A stretch of DNA of 12,928 nt. It comes from Octopus sinensis (taxonomy: Eukaryota). Made by a program: the position numbers and the translations under genes. The notes below the pieces were generated by a model, which saw nothing but the letters and a program-made list of their open reading frames with translations, was not told the origin of the DNA and made no database searches. Location: assembly GCF_006345805.1 (NCBI RefSeq), contig NW_021826413.1, forward strand, positions 1 to 12,928, given 5' to 3'. Shown here piece by piece: positions 7,801 to 12,928 of the stretch (the first letter of the stretch is position 1; each line of letters opens with the position of its first letter).

Positions 7801-7986
7801 CATCTCTTTTTATCTTTTACTGGTTTCAGTCATTAGACTGCGGCCATGCTGAGGCACCGCCTTGAAGAATACTGATATAACGAATCGACCGCAGTACTTT
7901 TTCAAACCTTGGTACGTATTTTCTGGGTCCCCTTTACTGAACATCTAGCTACGGGGACGTAGGAACGACAACATTAATCGTCAAGC
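7801..7986 (-). mobile_element. Older or degenerate SINE family 1-related 3' body
   Basis: tttcagtcattagactgcggccatgctgaggcaccgcc..tacggggacgta..gtcaagc aligns with 3095-3255. Confidence 0.75.
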
Positions 7987-8296
7987 ATATACACGTTCGA
8001 ATCCATCCGAACGTATTAAGTATAACTATGAAAGATATCATATAAAGATAGCATATATTGCATAACATATAATCCTTTACTGAACCTCTAGCTACGCAAC
8101 ATTAATCGTCAAGCATATACACGTTCGAATCCATCCGAACGTATTAAGTATAACTATGAAAGATATCATATAATCCTTTACTGAACCTCTAGCTACGGCA
8201 ACATTAATCGTCAAGCATATACACGTTAGAATCCATCCGAACGTATAACTATGAAAGATATCATATAATGTTGGATATTATTGCATAACATATAAT
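7931..8296. repeat. Local tandem triplication (units start at 7931, 8074, 8175)
   Basis: cctttactgaac..caacattaatcgtcaagcatatacacgttcgaatccatccgaacgtat..aactatgaaagatatcatataa occurs three times, with periods of 143 and 101 bp. Confidence 0.9.
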
Positions 8297-8704
8297 CTCT
8301 TCTATTTAGTACCTCAGTACTGCCGGCATCTATAGCAGGGGGATATGTGAATTACCTTACGTTTATTGCCTTTTCTGTTCTGCTGTTATTTCCTCATGAG
8401 TATTTGCGTCCGGAATTTCTGATATTGCTTCCGGGTTGTGTGAGAATGTTGTGTTAAGATGTTCTTTGGAAATGATCTTTCCAGCATTGAAGTACCTAAG
8501 CTGCGTTCTATCATTGGATTGTCGGAGATGCGGGTGGGGGTGGTGGGGTGGGGGATTTACTGCTATGATAAATAAATATCGAGCGTCGATTTTGTTAGAA
8601 CATGTGTACGCCGTGTTTGTTGTTGTTGTTCAGGGAGTCGACCGTGCGGGTGGTGTTACTGATGTGAATGATTGGAAATAGCAGAAAGACAATATAATCA
8701 GACA

Positions 8705-9251
8705 TTATATGTATATGTATGTATGTATGTGTGTATATATATATATTATATATATATTATATATATATATATAATATATATATATATAGTATGATATATG
8801 TACACAACACTATATTCACAGACATATATATTATACATACTCATGTACATATATATACAAACAATATATACATGCACATAGATACACACATATACATACC
8901 TATTACATATATATATGTATATATATGTATACAAATACATTTAGATATATATATATATATGTATATATATGATTAAAATACATATATATATATATATATA
9001 TAGTATATATATACACCACATAGAGATGTGCATATGTGTATACATATACATATATATGTGTGTGTGTATGTATATATGTATTTTAATATATGTGTATATA
9101 TGTATGCATAAATTTACATACAATATATACATATCTGTATTTATATACATATATGTATATATACGTTATGTATATATACGTATATATATATACGTATATA
9201 TATATAACGTATATATATATATACGTATATATATACGTATATATATACGTA

Positions 9252-9308
<57 letters not shown>

Positions 9309-9600
9309 GCATTATTATGTGTGTGTGTGTATATCTATCCATCTCTATTATATATATGTAAATAAGTACGTGAGTCTGAATTAGAGCTTTGATTAACATA
9401 TATATGCATATGTCTACACAGCCATATGCATATATATATGTGCGTATAGACAGACAGGTAATGTATACATACATATACATACATATATCGATACACATAC
9501 GAACGCACAAACACACACACACACATTTATATGTAGACGTTTATGGATACACATATGCTGATGCATGCATACATAGACACCCCAAACACAAACATATAAA

Positions 9601-9654
<54 letters not shown>

Positions 9655-9702
9655 CAGGTATACATAGATGTATGCATATATATCACACAACATAACATAC
9701 AA

Positions 9703-9747
<45 letters not shown>

Positions 9748-9795
9748 GTATACATAGATGTATGCTTATACATACATGCCACACATATATACATA
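8705..9795. repeat. Long (TA)n-dominated compound microsatellite field
   Basis: Directly visible. Includes (atatatacgtat)n units at ~9165-9255 and a 90-bp-period duplication (caggtatacatagatgtatgc at 9655 and 9745). Confidence 0.9.
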
Positions 9796-9924
9796 GATTT
9801 CTTTATTAAGTAGATGTTAAAGGCCAGTATTTGTTTTCTCTCGTTCTATTTTTATATACAACTTTTATATATTTTCGTGTCTGCTGAATAATGGTTATTT
9901 TTCACTGGGCCATCACGCTAAACA

Positions 9925-10510
9925 TCCTACTCCTCCCCCTCCTCCTCGTCGTCATCATCGTTGTCATCATCCTATCTATCATCATAATCATGATCATAAA
10001 CACCGCTAGAATCATTATCGTCACCAACACCACCAGCAGCAGCGCCACCACAATGGCCATCACCACCGCCACCATTATCACTATCACCACAACCACCATT
10101 ACACATCATCACCATTATCATCATCATCAGCTACACTACCACCACCACCTCCACCACTATACACCCCCACCATGCTTATCATCATCACCATCATCATCAT
10201 CACCATCACCATCATCACCATCATCATCATTATCATCATCACCATCATCATCACCATCATCATCATTATACTACCATCATCATCAGCTACACTACCACCC
10301 CCAACACCACCATGTTTATCATCATCATCATCATCATCATCACCGTCATTATCAGCTACACTACCACCACCACCACCTCCACCACCAAAACCACCACCAT
10401 GCTTATCATCATCATCATCACCATCATCACCTCCACTGCCACCATACTCCCCCTCCTCCTCCTCTTCCCCATCATCATCATCATCATCATCATCAGCATC
10501 ATCACTCACC
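9925..10510. repeat. Degenerate (CAT/CAC)n trinucleotide array
   Basis: Directly visible; the source of the poly-His/Asp/Ile pseudo-ORFs. Confidence 0.9.
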
Positions 10511-10574
10511 TCATGATATTTTTAGCATTTTCGTGGCCTACAAGTGCACTTCCGTTTTTCTTACAACACTGCAT

Positions 10575-10705
10575 CTGTGCGTGCGTGTGTTTGTGTATAT
10601 ATATATGTGCCTCGTGTGTGTCTGTATGTCTGTGCGTGTGTCCGTGTCTGTGTGTGTGTCTGTGTGTTTGTGTCTTTGTGTGTGTGTGTGTGTGTGCACG
10701 TGCAG
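10575..10705. repeat. (TG)n microsatellite
   Basis: Directly visible. Confidence 0.9.
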
Positions 10706-10921
10706 CATTGTCTTTTGTGACTGTAAGACTATTTGTGTAATTACATCTGTCTTACATCGTTGTGTGGTTTGTTTGTGTCTTCTCAACATTATTTAAATGT
10801 CACATCTCTTCTGTGGCTCGTGAATTGTGTGGTGGTTGTGCTTCATATCTGTAATTATGAATTGTGTACGTTCTGTTGTGTAGTGTTTTTTTTTCTATAT
10901 GTGCTACGTAAGTTGTACGAA

Positions 10922-11144
10922 GGAGCGTGGCTCAGTGTTAGGGTATTCGCCTCAGGGTCGTAAGGTTATGAGTTCCATACACGGTGGCGCGTCGTGTCCT
11001 TGAGTAACACATTTTATTTCACGTTGCTCCAGTCTACTGAGTTGGCAAAAATGAATTGTACCTGTCATTCAAAGGGGCCAGCCTAGTCACATCCTGTGTC
11101 ATGCTGAATCTCCCTGGGAATTAAAAGTATGAGTGTCTGTGGAG
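10922..11144 (+). mobile_element. tRNA-derived SINE family 3, probably 3'-truncated
   Basis: tRNA-like head with A-box TGGCTCAGTGTT (10928-39) and degenerate B-box GTTCCATAC (10972-80), followed by gtgtccttgagtaacac, a core-like motif of animal SINEs. Confidence 0.65.
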
Positions 11145-11347
11145 GGCGGCGTGCTGGCAGAAACGTTAGCACGTCGGACGAAATGCTTAGCGGTATTTCG
11201 TCTGCCGCTACGTTCTGAGTTCAAATTCCGCCGAGGTCGACTTTGCCTTTCACTCTTTCGGGGTCGATAAATTAAGTACTAGTGAAACACCGGAGTCGAT
11301 GTAATCGACTTAATACCTATGTCTGTCCTTGTTTGTCCCCTCTCTGT
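11145..11347 (+). mobile_element. tRNA-derived SINE family 2
   Basis: A-box-like TGGCAGAAACG (11155-65) and B-box GTTCAAATTCC (11219-29). Near-identical to 12805-12928. Confidence 0.85.
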
Positions 11348-11534
11348 TCTGACCAATGTATGTTGTGGTTTCATGTCAATAAATATACACTTTAGGACAC
11401 CAGTACATCGGCTTGCTCGGGGCGGGGACCATTATGCTTCCTCGAGGCCTTAATTCAGAGATAGATTTTCAATTGGGAGTTAATTTGGGAATCCTAGTAT
11501 TGTTTTTATATTTTTCATATTTTTGTATATTATA

Positions 11535-11885
11535 TTTTACTTATTTCTGTCATTTGACTACGGCCATGCTGAGGCATTGCTCCGCCTTGGAGTGTTTTAG
11601 TCGAGCAAATCGACTCCGGTACTTATATTTTTCAAAGCCTTGCCGAACTTCTAAGTTACGGGTACATAAACACATCAATACTGGTTGTCAAGCGATGATG
11701 GAGGACAAAACACAAAGACACACATACACACACAAATATATATATACGACGAGCTTCTTTCATTTTCCGTCTAAAAAATTGACTCACAAAGATTTAGTCG
11801 GCCCGTGGCAATAGTAGAAAAGTCTTGCTCAAGTTGGCACGCAGTGGGTCTGACTCTATGTAATTGGGAAGCAACCTTCTTAACA
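11535..11885 (-). mobile_element. SINE family 1 copy, more diverged, A-box end missing
   Basis: Colinear with 3090-3460. Confidence 0.85.
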
Positions 11886-11889
11886 AGAA

Positions 11890-12672
11890 CTGAATGGTGA
11901 GGGAGTTCGGAGCTGAAAACTACAGTAATAACCACAACAATTAAAACATTTATGCTAAAGCTGAAAGCCGAAGCACACCTTATAACAATGAAATGTTTCT
12001 TGATATCACATTTAAACTCGTAATCAATCGAACTCTTTGAGAAACCTAACAATTTATCTCACGCACTTGTACGTTTTAGCTATTCGAACCCATCGAACAG
12101 TCGACAGAAGAATCCCGTGCCCCTTAGGAATCTATATGAAAATAAGCATTGCCCTTCGATGAATCAACAGTTGAAACCTTTTCAAAATATTTCAAAGAAT
12201 CATTAACACGCAGTTGATATTAATAAAGTCTGAACTATCCCTCAAAAACTAACACCCACATTAAAAATGCCCGGCCAAAGGTTGTATCACATTACCCACC
12301 GTATGACATTGATGTGAAAAACGAGTGTTGCAAAATATTACCACTTCCTGATTAGAAAATATTTTTCGAACAGCAATAAACTTTACCAGATGTTCAATAA
12401 AAACAACGTAAAGGTGAGATACAGCTGCAAGCGAAACACGACAAGTACCATTAAGGGTCACGATGCAAAAATATTGCAAATAAACGATGAAGAAAGAAGT
12501 TGAAATGCAATTGTCGAAATACAAAGTCTTGCCTGCCAAAAGGCAAATGCATAAGAAAAAGGCATTGAATACTCTTCAGAAGTCTTCATCAATGATACAA
12601 TCTTCGAGTTATATAAGGCGCGCACAGTTCTCCAACAAAAGTTTGCTGCACCAGCTCTATGGTCCATTATTT
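11890..12672 (+). pseudogene. Decayed Penelope-like retroelement ORF: RT C-terminus/thumb, Cys-rich linker, start of GIY-YIG endonuclease
   Basis: Manual translation across frameshifts and stops gives FLDITFKL (11996-12019), EKPNN (12039-53), YFKESLTRS*Y (12188-12220), HYPPY (12290-12304), TSVAKYYHFLIRKYFSNSNKLYQMFNKNNVKVRYSCKRNTTSTIKGHDAKIL (from 12321), CNCRNTKSCLPKGKC (from 12506) and GIEYSSEV. Order and content follow the PLE pattern FLDVTF..KPNN..AL..SGY..WFNPPY..FNRNNVKVSYSC..HN.KIL..CNCR...CPL.GKC, recalled from memory. Confidence 0.8.
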
Positions 12673-12801
12673 GGATGTTTTCGGTTTGAACGGCAGTTTT
12701 TTCTAGTGGTGTCATATGAAATTGTCACCCGTAATTATGTCCCTAGTACCGATCTATTGCATTTCAATCTGTTTTAGGGTTAGGGTTAGCGTTAGGGTTA
12801 G
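12673..12801 (+). mobile_element. Left part of a probable non-autonomous repeat carrying internal TTAGGG units
   Basis: Starts ggatgttttcggtttgaacggcagtttt where PLE homology stops. Resembles the terminus of an octopus repeat as I recall it. The other end is not in the window. Confidence 0.4.
12774..12801 (+). repeat. Interstitial telomeric-type repeat (TTAGGG)2 TTAGCG TTAGGG TTAG
   Basis: Directly visible. Confidence 0.9.
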
Positions 12802-12804
12802 TAA

Positions 12805-12928
12805 GGCGGTGAGCTGGCAGAAACGTTAGCGCGCCGGACGAAATGCTTAGCGGTATTTCGTCTGCAGCTACGTTCAAATTCCGCCGAGATCGACTTTGCC
12901 TTTCACTCTTTCGGGGTCGATAAATTAA
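12805..12928 (+). mobile_element. SINE family 2, running off the window end
   Basis: Matches 11145-11275, with a 7-bp deletion (gttctgagttc to gttc) that leaves a B-box. Confidence 0.9.

Noticed and set aside
7931-8296. CRISPR-like array or tRNA genes
   Set aside because: Eukaryotic context, no unique spacers, and no cloverleaf around GTTCGAATCC.
9891-10796. 301-aa poly-His/Thr/Ser ORF and overlapping poly-Asp/Ile ORFs
   Set aside because: The trinucleotide array is open in several frames on both strands, with no splice or codon evidence for a real histidine-rich protein.
10922-11000. Functional tRNA gene
   Set aside because: Degenerate B-box and acceptor stem, continuing into a SINE body; the same applies to the other SINE heads.
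12487-12777. 96-aa ORF as a real gene
   Set aside because: An off-frame reading of the PLE fossil plus the downstream repeat; the conserved motifs lie in other frames.
12774-12801. True chromosome end
   Set aside because: Fewer than five units, one degenerate, with ordinary repeat sequence on both sides.

Overview
AT-rich, repeat-saturated eukaryotic non-coding DNA. It is most likely octopus/coleoid cephalopod, inferred from the extreme (TA)n/(CA)n/(GA)n density and from tRNA-derived SINEs that match my recollection of Octopus SINE consensuses; no database check was made. No intact host gene is supported, and almost all ORFs in the track are microsatellite read-throughs. The window holds three tRNA-derived SINE families (about 9 full or partial copies), the 3' end of a LINE (minus strand, 2 intact plus 1 broken C2H2 finger), a decayed Penelope-like element (PLE) RT-to-GIY-YIG fragment at ~11890-12672 that the ORF track misses, a possible non-autonomous Helitron, and a repeat carrying interstitial TTAGGG units. 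The most notable signal is six type-I hammerhead-ribozyme (HHR)-like motifs: 590+, 1762-, 2926+, 4013-, 4311- and 7178+. They fall into about five sequence-unrelated families, each in a short non-coding island, mostly next to (TA)n. One has a fully canonical core (4013-4098). Three carry the same U4-to-C core variant. Two are co-oriented with cleavage sites 296 nt apart.
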